This document shows, piece after piece, positions 37,185 through 48,981 of a stretch of 64,000 nucleotides of DNA; position 1 is the first letter of the stretch, and every line of letters starts with the position of its first letter. Position numbers and translations under genes: made by a program. The stretch spans positions 7,068,001-7,132,000 of the forward strand of contig NC_086098.1 of the NCBI RefSeq assembly GCF_963921235.1. Direction: 5' to 3'. This stretch comes from Mobula hypostoma. Taxonomy: Eukaryota. Under the pieces are notes generated by a model, which saw only the letters and a program-made list of their open reading frames with translations, had not been told where the DNA came from and did no database searches.

Positions 37185-37820
37185 AAGCCACAAGACATAG
37201 GAGCAGAATTGTGCCATTCGGCCCATCGAGTCTGATCCACCATTCCATAATAGCTGATTTATTATCCCCCTCAACCCCATTCTCCTGTCTTCTCCCTGTA
37301 ACATTTGATTGACTAATCAAGGATCTTTCAACCTCCGCTCTAAACATGCACAATGACGTATCCTGCACAGCTGTCTGTGGCGATGAATTCCACAGATTTA
37401 CAACCCTCTTGATAAAGAAATTCCTGGTTGGGTTGAGTTGTTCTCTGATCTTGACGATCCATTTGCAAATGTTTTGGCACTATACGAGAAGAAATCAATA
37501 GTGTGCTCTCCATTTAGAAAGTAGTTTGTGCTTTTATTCCTTCTACCAAAGTGCATGACCATACACTTCCTGACACTGCATTCCGTTTGCCACTTCTTTG
37601 CCCGTTCTCCTAATCTGTCTGAAATCCTTCTGCAGACTCCCTGCTTCCTCAACACTTCCTGCCCCTCCACCTATCTTTGCATCGTCCACAAAGTTGGCAG
37701 TTCTGTCACCCAAATCACTGAAAAGAAAGTGGTCCCAACACTGACCCTGCAGAGCTCTACTAGTCACTGGCAGCCAACCAGAAATGGCTCCCTGTATTCC
37801 CACTTCCTCGCCTCCTGTCA
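37185..37820 (-). mobile_element. CR1 LINE fragments
   Basis: CR1 3' UTR plus RT remnant (FVDDAKIGG, KCMVMHFGRRN). Confidence 0.75.
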
Positions 37821-38512
37821 CTCAGACACTACTTATCCTTTTAAAGGTTAAAGCACAAGGAGCATTTTTCAGGGTAGTGGTACCTTCTCAACTTTGAGTC
37901 ATATCAGAGTCTTTAGACTAAAATTAGCCTTGGGTAATTGAAAGAATGACAATGTAACGATTTAAAAATTACTCATCGCATGGAACAGAAAGCTGCCTCA
38001 GGCTGGGAGTAAGTAATTTTTCAGTAAACATTTTCTCATACCAGTATTGCAATATCTTGTGGTAAAAAAAAGGTGTTTTTTTTTCTTTCAGTTGATGTTC
38101 AGTTCTTTAAATTTTTAAACTGTATTTTAATTTTAATTGTCATTCAACCATACATGAATACCCATGTATACAGCCAAAGGAAACAGTGTTACTCTGGGGC
38201 CAGGGAGCAAAACGCACAGTGACGCATGCCACAAAGCACTCATAGCAATAAGATAGCTAACGCATGTAAGGAATAAAGCATTTTAAAATTGTATCTTTCT
38301 AGTTGTAAATAGGGGTTCAATCACGTGCACAATTTGGAGGGTCTGGTCACCTACCCGCAGGAAGGATGTTAACACGATTGAAAGAGTGCAGAGAAAATCT
38401 ACAAGGATATTGCCAGGCCTTGAAGACCAGAGTTATAGGGAAAGGTTGAGTAGGTTAGGGCTGGAATGAGGGGAGATTTGATCAAGCATTACAAAACAGG
38501 ATAGGGTAAATG

Positions 38513-38660
38513 CAAGCAACACACATCAAACCTGACGAAGGGTCTCGGCCTGAAACGTCGACTGCGCCTCTTCCTATAGATGCTGCCTGGCCTGCTGCGT
38601 TCACCAGCAACTTTGATGTGTGTTGCTTGAATTTCCAGCATCTGCAGAATTCCTGTTGTT
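38513..38660 (+). mobile_element. PLE terminal-repeat mini-insertion inside a CR1 fragment (~38315-38965)
   Basis: 17-bp TSD tagggtaaatgcaagca at 38502-38518 and 38660-38676; 18-nt inverted arm; hammerhead core at 38532-38563. Confidence 0.88.
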
Positions 38661-39971
38661 AGGGTAAATGCAAGCAGGCTTTTTCCACTGAGGCTGGGTG
38701 GGATTAGAACTAGAGGTCATGGGTTAAGGGAGAAAGGTGAAATGCTTAAAGGGAACATGGAGGGGTGGAATTTCTTCATTCAGAGGGTGGTGAGAGTGTG
38801 AGACAAGCAAGTGGTGGATGCGGTTTCAATTGCAACATTGAAGAGAGGTTTGGATAGATCCATGGTTGGGAGGGGTGTGATCTGAGTGCAGATCGATGGG
38901 AATAGGCGGACAAAGAGTTTGGCATGGATCAGATGGGCTGAAGAGCCTTTCTCTGTGCTGCAGTGTTCCAGGACTCAACGACAAGTTTGGATCTTGGCTT
39001 GTATTATAAAAGTGCTATGAAATGACATTCACAAATTGTCCTACTCATGAACTGTCATGTCATCGGAAATTACTTGATGTATCGCTGGTTTGTAATGTAC
39101 CTCGAGGTGTCTGTCAGGCGATATATGTGTGCACGAACTGAAATTGAGCTCAGTCAAGTCTATTTCAGATCAGAACCTATGCCTCTGACACTTGATCCAC
39201 CTTCTCAATAAATTATGATGGACCAACATACCCTTCAACAAGATTTAGTGCGTGCCCAAGCAATCATAACTTCCCATTTATACTGCGGTAATGATCAAAG
39301 TCTTAAATCACATGGAGGTTACAAAGTTGCACATCTGAGGAGAGAAACTGAGTTGATTTTTGTTAAACTGTGAAATTGTGTCTGTTTTATCAGTCACCTG
39401 ATTCCTTTTTACAGGAAAAAGAATCCTTTTTATCAAAATGTCACTGATAATATCTTTGCCCATACAACAAATCATATCAGTTATTGAATATGCGTAGTGT
39501 CAATACATGGCTAGAGATAATAAGCAGAAGCACTGAGTATCTGTGATACTGACCTGCAGGGGTGATTTAGAATCAGAATCAAGTTTAACATCACTGAAAC
39601 AGGTTGTGAGATTTGTTGTTTTGTGGCAGCAGTACACTGCAATACATAAAAAGTACTAGAAATTACATTTAGGATCAGGATCAGAATAACTAATATCACC
39701 GGAATATACCGTGAAATTTGTTAACTTTGCAGCAGCAGTATAATACATGATAAATACAGAAAAGAAAAACTGAATTAGAGTAAGTATATGTATATTAAAT
39801 AATTAAATTAAATAGGTAGTGCAAAAGTAGACATTTTTAAAAAGTAGTGAGATAGTGTTTATGGGTTCAATGTAAACACGAGGAATTCTGCAGATGCTGG
39901 GAATTCAAGCAACACACATCAAAGTTGCTGGTGAATGCAGCAGGCCAGGTAGCATCTCTAGGAAGAGGTAC

Positions 39972-40007
39972 AGTCGACGTTTCGGGCCGAGACCCTTCGT
40001 CAGGACT
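39972..40007 (-). ncRNA. Minimal hammerhead ribozyme motif in PLE repeat (39875-40007)
   Basis: Reverse complement agtc-CTGACGA-a-gggt ctcg gccc-GAAA-cGTC-gact. Confidence 0.75.
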
Positions 40008-40139
40008 CAGTCCTTCTGTAGAAATTTGTGAGTGTTTTTGGTGATGTACCAAATCTCTTCAAACTCCTAATGAAGTATAGTCGCTGACCTGCCTTCTTTA
40101 TAGCTGCGTTGATACGTTGGGACCAGGTTAGATCCTCAG

Positions 40140-41162
40140 AGAACGTTGTTATGTCCCCAAGTGTACAAGCTGCTGAAAAGATTGACTCTGCATGCACTCA
40201 AGGTATGTTGAAGTGTTCCCTTCTTGCCACAAGCAGCACACCTGTCTGTCTTATCTTCATACCAGATGCTGAGGTTGGCAGGTGTTGGGAACAGATCATA
40301 AGCTGCTCTGCATAAAGAAGAAATGCGGAGCGGTTCCATCTGCCACAGAACATTCCAAGATAGGTGTCATTGTTCAACACTTTCCCCCCAGGTCCAAGCC
40401 CCTTGTTTGGCCAGGCCAGCTGTTTCAGTTAACCTCTTCTCCTCTTCTACCTCTCGTATTTCTTGTGTTACAAGCTCACGGCGCTCCTTACCGGTAGAAG
40501 ATGACCACCACTTGTGGGTTGTCCATCCAAGTCCCTGGCGGCCTAGCTGGATAGCCCCAACTGTCTTCTTGTGCTTCAATCTAGACTCTGCCTCATCAAC
40601 TGCTACATGGGCTGACCACTTCCTGCCTGATCTCACATCCGGCTGGGTGTTCTTGATGACAGGGTCTTTTGAGTCTCGAAGCATCAAGAATGATCTTACC
40701 TTGGCTACCTTGACCTCCTCAACAAGGGATTGCACTGGGATGGTAAGCTTTGTCTGGCTACTGTGGATTGCAACATTGGTGAGGCTGCTCGGTACTCCAA
40801 GCCACTTCTTCACATACTTGTTGATCTTCCATTCCATTGCCTCAACATGGGACATTGCCACTTCATAGACAGTTAGTGGCCACATTATCCGTGGCATCAG
40901 TCCGTACTGCAAGCACCACAACTTCAACTTGCCAGGCAAGCCACACTTGTCAAACAGACTTCAGACCTCTGCTGATCTGTTCTCCTGTCTCTTGAACCCT
41001 CTTGGTGTCTCTCAGCTCCTCTGTGTACCATTGCCCGAGGCTCTTAACTGGTTGGTCCTGAATGGATGGAACCTCCTCTCCACAAAGGGTGAAATGAAAG
41101 TCAACCAGCTTTCCTCTCCTAAGAACAAGGCTCCTTGACTTCTTGGTCTTGAACTTCATTCA
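40140..41162 (-). mobile_element. Hero-clade (RLE-type) non-LTR retrotransposon fragment
   Basis: Frameshifted frames: KFKTKKSRSLVLRRGK, LPGKLKLWCLQYGLMPRIMWPLTVYE, SGRKWSA, GRQGLGW, and CCHC knuckle CAACGKKGTLQHTLSAC followed by YTWGHNNVL. Confidence 0.8.
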
Positions 41163-41720
41163 ACTAAAAAGCTTAAAAGATATTTGGACATTAACATAGA
41201 TTAGAAAGGTTTGTGCCAAATATAGGCATATGGGATTGGCATGGTTCGGCACCTTTGGCCCAAGGGGTTGATTCTGTGCTCCCTATTCTATTTTTTGTAT
41301 GATAACATTTGGAGAACGTGGTTTTTTTCTATTCTCTCATTTTGTTTCCTTAGCTGGAGGGTGATTGAAACGTGTAACATGGTTATACATATATTTAGTG
41401 AAGTAGAGTGAGCTTGGTGGGATGTTTGGCTGGTGAAGAGGGGTGGATGAATCATGAGACATTGCTGACCATTTCAGCAGTGCTAAAAGCTATCAAAAAC
41501 AAGTCAATTTTAAATACTTGTTAAGATGGAGAACATAGTGGCAAAGCATCATAAGTACCTCCCAAGATAATCAAGATCAAAGTCCGAAGTAAATTTATTG
41601 TCAAAGAACGTACAGTATAAGTCACTATATACAACCCTGAGATTCATTTTTGTTTAAGCCTTCACAGTAGGTACAAAGAAACACAATAGAATCAATTAAA
41701 AACTGTACACAGACAAACAA

Positions 41721-42243
41721 AGACATCCTTGCCATAGAGGGAGTACAAAGAAGGTTCACCAGATTGATTCCTGGGATGGCAGGTCTTTCATATGAAGAAA
41801 GACTGGATGAACTGGGCTTGTACTCGTTGGAATTTAGAAGATTGAGGGGGGATCTGATTGAAATGTATAAAATCCTAAAGGGATTGGACAGGCTAGATGC
41901 AGGAAGATTGTTCCTGATGTTGGGGAAGTCCAGAACAAGGGGTCACAGTTTGAGGATAAAGGGGAAGCCTTTTAGGACCGAGATTAGGAAAAACTTCTTC
42001 ACACAGAGAGTGGTGAATCTGTGGAATTCTCTGCCACAGGAAACAGTTGAGGCCAGTTCATTGGCTATATTTAAGAGGGAGTTAGATATGGCCCTTGTGG
42101 CTACAGGGGTCAGGGGGTATGGAGGGAAGGCTGGGGCGGGGTTCTGAGTTGGATGATCAGCCATGATCATAATAAATGGCGGTGCAGGCTCGAAGGGCCG
42201 AATGGCCTACTCCTGCACCTATTTTCTATGTTTCTATGTTTCT
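41721..42243 (+). mobile_element. CR1 LINE, 5'-truncated, young
   Basis: ORF 41764-42147; (TTCTATGT)n tail; 6-bp TSD aaacaa. Confidence 0.92.
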
Positions 42244-42479
42244 AAACAACCAAAGTGCAAAAGCAGGCAAAATCTGCAAATACAAAAAAAAACAGCTAAT
42301 AATAACAATAAATAAATCAGTAATAAATAAAACTGAGAACATGAGTTGTAGATTCCTTGAAAATGAGTCCAAAGGTCGAGGACTCAGTTCAAAGTTGAGG
42401 TGAGTGAAGTTATCAGGAGCTTGATGGTTGAAGGGTAGTAACTATTCCTGAAACTGGTGGTGTGGGAATAATTAGAAAT

Positions 42480-42752
42480 CTTCTTTTTCTCTTGGGCTGT
42501 CCAACGATTTTCGATGTTGACTGAGGCCTGGGCAAGGTTGTATGGAAGATCAGCGATTGCCCATGCTGCAAGTCTCCCCTCTCCACACCAAAGAAAGGGC
42601 ACTAGGACCCATACAGCTTGGCACTGGTGTCGTCGCAGAGCAATGTGTGGTGAAGTGCCTTGCTCAAGGACACAACACGCTGCATCGGCTGAGGCTCGAA
42701 CTAGCAACCTTCAGATCACTAGACCAACGCCTTAACCACTTGGCCACATGCC
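42480..42752 (-). mobile_element. tRNA-headed SINE with RTE-like body
   Basis: Reverse complement starts ggcatgTGGCCAAGTGGttaagg (A box) and GTTCGAGCC (B box), then tgtgttgtgtccttgagcaaggcac. Confidence 0.8.
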
Positions 42753-42773
42753 ACACTATGCATTGAAATATAG

Positions 42774-43004
<231 letters not shown>

Positions 43005-43902
43005 TAGGGATGGAACAATTAGCACAACATTTACCTTGTGTGTGGTTGAAATCACATCCATATTGAACCATAAGGTCAGAAGACATAAGAGCAGAATTAG
43101 GCCATTCAGCACATTAAGTCTGCTCTGCCATTTCATCAAGGCTGATTTATTATTCCTCTTAAACCCAATGTCCTGGTCTCCACTGCCGCCTGTGGCAATG
43201 AATTTCACAGATTCACGACCCTCTGGCTAATGAAATTCGTTCTCATCTCCATTCTAAAGTGACGGCATCCCTCTATTCCGAAGCTGTGTCCTCTGGTCCT
43301 GGACACCCCTACCATAGGAAACATCTTCTCCACATCCGCTCTACCGAGGCCTTTCACTATTCGATAGGTTTCAATGGGATTCACCCCCACCCCCCCCCTC
43401 TAAATTCAAGCTAGTAAAGGCCCTAGCTCGTCTTACGATAAGGCTGTCATTCCCAGAATCATTCTTGTAAATCTCCTCTGATCCCTATCCAATGTCAGCA
43501 CACCTTTCCTTAAATAAGAGGCCCCAAACTCCTGACAATACTCCAAATGAGGCATTACCAGAACCACTGGGTAACAAACCTGAAATTCCACTGCGGGATA
43601 ATTATAAGTTCCCAGTGCTCCAAGCTTGATGGGAAATTATCTGTAAGGTGAGAGGCAATTCTATCAAGATAATATTTAATCAATGTATTCATTTGTGTAA
43701 ATAGATTTGAAACATGTCAGGCCCTCAATTAGCCTTAGCTAAAGAAAAAAGATAACAATTAATTCTATGCAGGCTACACAATCAAAAGTTGGATTACTTT
43801 TCACTGTAAATGCAAGTCCTCTCATGATTTGTTAGCTCCAGTGAATGGAGTGACAGACATCAAAGATTTTATAAAACATTGGGGTAAAAAGATCCGGATT
43901 TG

Positions 43903-45402
43903 AAGCTACACACATAAAAGTTGCTGGTGAATGCAGCAGGCCAGGCAGCATCTCTAGGAAGAGGTGCAGTCGACGTTTCAGGCCGAGACCCTTCCTCAGG
44001 ACTAACTGAAGGAAGAGTGAGTAAGGGATTTGAAAGTTAGAGGGGGAGGGGGAGATCCAAAATGATAGGAGAAGACAGGAGAGGGAGGGATGGAGCCAAG
44101 AGCTGGACAGGTGATAGGCAAAAGGGATACGAGAGGATCATGGGACAGGAGGTCTGAGAAGAAAGACACGGTGGGGGGGACCCAGAGGATGGGCAAGGGG
44201 TATATTCAGAGGGACAGAGGGAGAAAAAGGAGAGTGAGAGAAAGAATGTGTGTATAAAAATAAGTAACAGATGGGGTACGAGGGGGAGGTGGGGCATTAG
44301 CGGAAGTTACAGAAGTCGATGTTCATGCCATCAGGTTGGAGGCTACCCAGACGGAATATAAGGTGTTGTTCCTCCAACCTGAGTGTGGCTTCATCTTTAC
44401 AGTAGAGGAGGCTGTGGATAGACATGTCAGAATGGGAATGGGATGCGGAATTAAAATGTGTGGCCACTGGGAGATCCTGCTTTCTCTGGCAGACAGAGCG
44501 TAGATGTTCAGCAAAGCGGTCTCCCAGTCTGCGTCGGGTCTCGCCAATATATAAAAGGCCACATCGGGAGCACCGGACGCAGTATATCACCCCAGCCGAC
44601 TCACAGGTGAAGTGTTGCCTCACCTGGAAGGACTGTTTGGGGCCCTGAATGGTGGTAAGGGAGGAAGTGTAAGGGCATGTGTAGCACTTGTTCCGCTTAC
44701 ACGGATAAGTGCCAGGAGGGAGATCAGTGGGGAGGGATGGGAGGGACGAATGGACAAGAGAGTTGCGTAGGGAACGATCCCTGCGGAATGCAGAGAGAAG
44801 GGGGGAGGGAAAGATGTGCTTAGTGGTGGGATCCCGTTGGAGGTGGTGGAAGTTACAGAGAATAATATGTTGGACCCGGAGGCTGGTGGAGGCTGGTGGG
44901 GTGGTAGGTGAGGACCAGGGAAACCCTATTCCTAGTGGGGTGGCGGGAGGATGGAGTGAGAGCAGATGTACGTGAAATGGGGGAGATGCGTTTAAGAGCA
45001 GAGTTGATAGTGGAGGAAGGGAAGCCCCTTTCTTTAAAAAAGGAAGACATCTCCCTCGTCCTAGAATGAAAAGCCTCATCCTGAGAGCAGATGCAGCGGA
45101 GACGGAGGAATTGCGAGAAGGGGATGGCGTTTTTGCAAGAGACAGGGTGAGAAGAGGAATAGTCCAGATAGCTGTGAGAGTCAGTAGGCTTATAGTAGAC
45201 ATCAGTGGATAAGCTGTCTCCAGAGACAGAGACAGAAAGATCTAGAAAGGGGAGGGAGGTGTCGGAAATGGACCAGGTAAACTTGAGGGCAGGGTGAAAG
45301 TTGGAGGCAAAGTTAATAAAGTCAACGAGTTCTGCATGCGTGCAGGAAGCAGCGCCAATGCAGTCGTCGATGTAGTGAAGGAAAAGTGGTGCTTCTGGCA
45401 CC
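43903..45402 (-). mobile_element. Penelope-like element (Neptune-like), 5'-truncated: RT C-half, GIY-YIG endonuclease and terminal repeat
   Basis: ORF 44853-45407 has HYIDDCIG; ORF 44297-45202 has Cys linker CKRNKCYTC and VIYCVRCSRCGLLYIGET..RFAEH; hammerhead at 43968-44003. Confidence 0.93.
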
Positions 45403-45603
45403 AACACAACTCACTAGCCCCAACCTATAGGTCTTTTGGAAGTTGGGAGGAAAAAAGGAGCTCCTGGAGGAGGCCCACATAGACATAGGGAGAATGTACA
45501 AATTTCTTACAGACAGCAGCAAGGATCAAACCCGATCTTACAACTGGCCCATGTAAAGTTTTGCGCTAACTGCTGCATTCTACCGTGCTGCCTATTTAGG
45601 ATT

Positions 45604-46695
45604 AGTCATAGTCATAGTCATACTTCATTGATCCCAGTGGAAATTGGTTTTCGTTACAGTTGCACCATAAATAATAAATAGTAATAGAACCATAAATAGT
45701 TAAATAGTGATATGTAAATTATGCCAGTAAATTATGAAATAAGTCCAGGACCAGCCTATTGGCTCAGGGTGTCTGACCCTCCAAGGGAGGAGTTGTAAAG
45801 TTTGATGGCCACAGGCAGGAATGACTTCCTATGACGCTCTGTGTTGCATCTCAGTGGAATGAGTCTCTGGCTGAATGTACTCCTGTGCCCAACCAGTACA
45901 TTATGTAGTGGATGGGAGACATTGACCAAGATGGCATGCAACTTAGACAGCATCCTCTTTTGAGACACCACCGTGAGAGAGTCCAGTTCCATCCCTACAA
46001 CATCACTGGCCTTACGAGTGAGTTTGTTGATCCTATTGGTGTCTGCTACCCTCAGCCTGCTGCCCCAGCACACAACAGCAAACATGATAGCACTGGCCAC
46101 CACAGACTCGTAGAACATCCTCAGCATCGTCCGGCAGATGTTAAAGGACCTCAGTCTCCTCAGGAAATAGAGACGGCTCTGACCCTTCTTGTAGACAGCC
46201 TCAGTGTTCTTTGACCAGTCCAGTTTATTGTCAATTCGTATCCCCAGGTATTTGTAATCCTCCACCATGTCCACACTGACCCCCTGGATGGAAACAGGGG
46301 TCACCAGTACCATAGTTCTCCTCAGGTCTACCACCAGCTCCTAGTCTTTTTCACATTAAGCTGCAGATAATTCTGCTCACACCATGTGACAAAGTTTCCT
46401 ACCGTAGCCCTGTACTCAGCCTCATCTCCCCTGCTGATGCATCCAACTATGGCAGAGTCTTCAGAAAACTTCTGAAGATGACAAGACTCTGTGCAGTAGT
46501 TGAAGTCCGAGGTGTAAATGGTGAAGAGAAAGGGAGACAAGACAGTCCCCTGTGGAGCTCCAGTGCTGCTGATCACTCTGTCGGACACACAGTGTTGCAA
46601 GCACACGTACTGTGGTCTGCCAGTCAAGTGATCAATAATCCATGATACCAGGGAAGCATCCACCTGCATCGCTGTCAGCTTCTCCCCCAGCAGAT
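45604..46695 (-). mobile_element. Rex1/Babar-like LINE, RT C-terminal half
   Basis: TGAPQGTVLSPFLFTIYTSD, KFSEDSAIVG, YKYLGIRIDNKLDW, RLYFLRRLRSF; (ATGACT)n tail; relative at 50275-50535 (+). Confidence 0.9.
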
Positions 46696-46696
46696 T

Positions 46697-48981
46697 CGTT
46701 ATGATAAGTATGTGTAGGTGACCATTTTGGGTCCAGCGACCATAATGTCATTAGTTTCAAGTTAATTATGGATATGGATAGTTCTGGTCCTCGAGTTGAG
46801 GTTCTAAATTGGAGAAGGGCCAATTTTGAGGAGAAAGGATCTAGGAAGAGTGGATTGGGATAAGTTGTTTTCTAGCAAGGATGTGTTCAGTATGTGGAAG
46901 GCCTTCAAAGGCGAAATTTTGAGAGTGCAGAGTTTGCATGTTTCTGCCAGGATTAAAGGCAAAGTTAACAGGCATAGGGAACTTTGGTTTTCAAGGGATA
47001 TTGGCGATCTGGTTAAGAAAAAGAGAGAGGTGTACAGCAGGTATAGGCAACAAGGAACAAATGAGGTACTTGAAGAGTATAGAAAATGTAAGAAAATACT
47101 AAAGAAGGAAATCAGGAAGGCAAAAAGAAGACATGAGGTTGCTTTGGCAGATAATGTGAAGGTAAACCCAAAGGGTTTCTACAAGTATATTAAGAGTAAA
47201 AGGATAGTAAGGGACAAAATTGGTCCCATAGAAGATCAGAGTGGTTGTCTATGTGTGGAGCCTCAAGAGATGGGGGAGATCTTAAACAGTTTTTTTGCAT
47301 CAGTATTTACTCAGGAAACTGGCATATTGTGTATGGAAGGAAGGGAAACAAGCAGTAGTGTCATGGAACATACAGAGATTAAAGAGGAGGAGGTACTTGC
47401 TGCCTTACAGCGAATAAAGGTAGATAAATCCCCCGGGCCTGACATGATATTTCCTCGGACCTTGAGAGATACTAGTGTAGAAATTGCAGGGGCCCTGGCA
47501 GAAATATTTAAAATGTCCTTAGCCACAGGTGCGGTGCCGGAAGATTGGAGGGTAGCTCATGTTGTTCTGTTGTTTAAAAAAGGCTCCCAAAATAAACCAG
47601 GTAATTACAGGCCGGTGAGCCTGACATCAGCAGTAGGTAAATTATTGGAAGGTGTTCTGAGAGATCGGATATACAAGTATTTGGACAGCCAAGGGCTGAT
47701 TAAGGATAGTCAGCATGGCTGAGTGCATGGTAGATCGTGTTTTACGAATCTTGTAGAGTTTTTCAAGGAGGTTACCAAGAAAGTAGATGAAGGAAAGGCT
47801 GTGGATGTTGTCTACATGGATTTTAGTAAAGCCTTTGACAAGGTCCCACATGGGAGGGTAGTTCAGAAGGTTCAGACACTAGGTATCCATGGAGAGGTTG
47901 TAAACTGGATTCGAAATTGGCTGTGTGGGAGAAGACAAAGAGTTTTAGTAGATGATTGCTTCTCAGACTGGAGGCCTGTGACTAGTGGTGTGCTTCAGGG
48001 ATCTGTGCAGGGACTATTATTGTTTGTTGTCTATATCAATGATCTAGATGATAAATGTAGTAACTTGGATCAGCAAGTTTGCTGATGGCACTAAGATTGG
48101 AGGCGTTGTGGACAGCGAGGAAGACTTTCAAAGCTTGCAGAGGGATCTGGACCAACTAGAAAAATGGGCCAGAAAATGGCAGATGGAATTTAATGCAGAC
48201 AAGTGTGAGTTGTTGCATTTTGGAAGGACAAATCAAGGTAGGACATACACAGTAAATGGTAGGACACCGAGGAGTGCGGAGGAACAAATCGATCTGGGAG
48301 TTCAGATACATAATTCCCTGAAATTGGCGTCACAGGTAGACAGGGTTGTAAAGAAGGCTTTTGGCATCCTGGCATTCATATATCAAAGTATTGAGTATAG
48401 GAGTTGGGATGTTATGGGGATGTTGTATAAGACATTGGTGAGGCCACATTTGGAGTATTGTGTGCAGTTCTGGTCACCTGACTATAGGAAGGATATCAGT
48501 AAAATTGAAAGAGTGCAGAGAAGATTTACTAGGATGTTGCCGGGTCTTCAGGAGTTGAGTTACAGGGAAAGATTGAATAAGTTAGGACTTTATTCTTTGG
48601 AGCATAGAAGAATGAGGGGGGATTTGATAGGGGTTTACAAAATTATGAGGGGTATAGACAGAGTAAATGCGAATAGACTCTTTCCACTTAGATTAGGAGA
48701 GAGAAATACAAGAGGACATGGCTTTAGTGTGAAAGGGGAAAGGTTTAGGGGGAACTTCTTCACTCAGAGAGTGGCGGGAGTGTGGAATGAGCTGCGATCT
48801 GATGTGGTAAATGCGGGCTCACTCTTAAGTTTTAAGAATAAATTGGATAGATACATGGGTGGGAGAGGTCTGGAGGGTTATAGACTGGGTGCAGGTCAAT
48901 GGGACTTGCGGAATAAAGTTTCAGCACAGAGTAGAAGGGCCGAGTGGCCTGTTTTCTGTGCTGTAGTGTTCTGTGGTTCTA
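46697..48981 (+). mobile_element. CR1 LINE, ~2.3 kb, most of ORF2 with frameshifts
   Basis: ORFs 46826-47722, 47723-48085 and 48048-48986: KSPGPD, NYRPVSLTS, YMDFSKAFDKVPH, KFADGTK, LVRPHLEYCVQFWSP. Confidence 0.95.

Noticed and set aside
42680..42752. tRNA gene (also 19953-20030)
   Set aside because: A/B boxes present but no convincing cloverleaf, and both continue into SINE bodies
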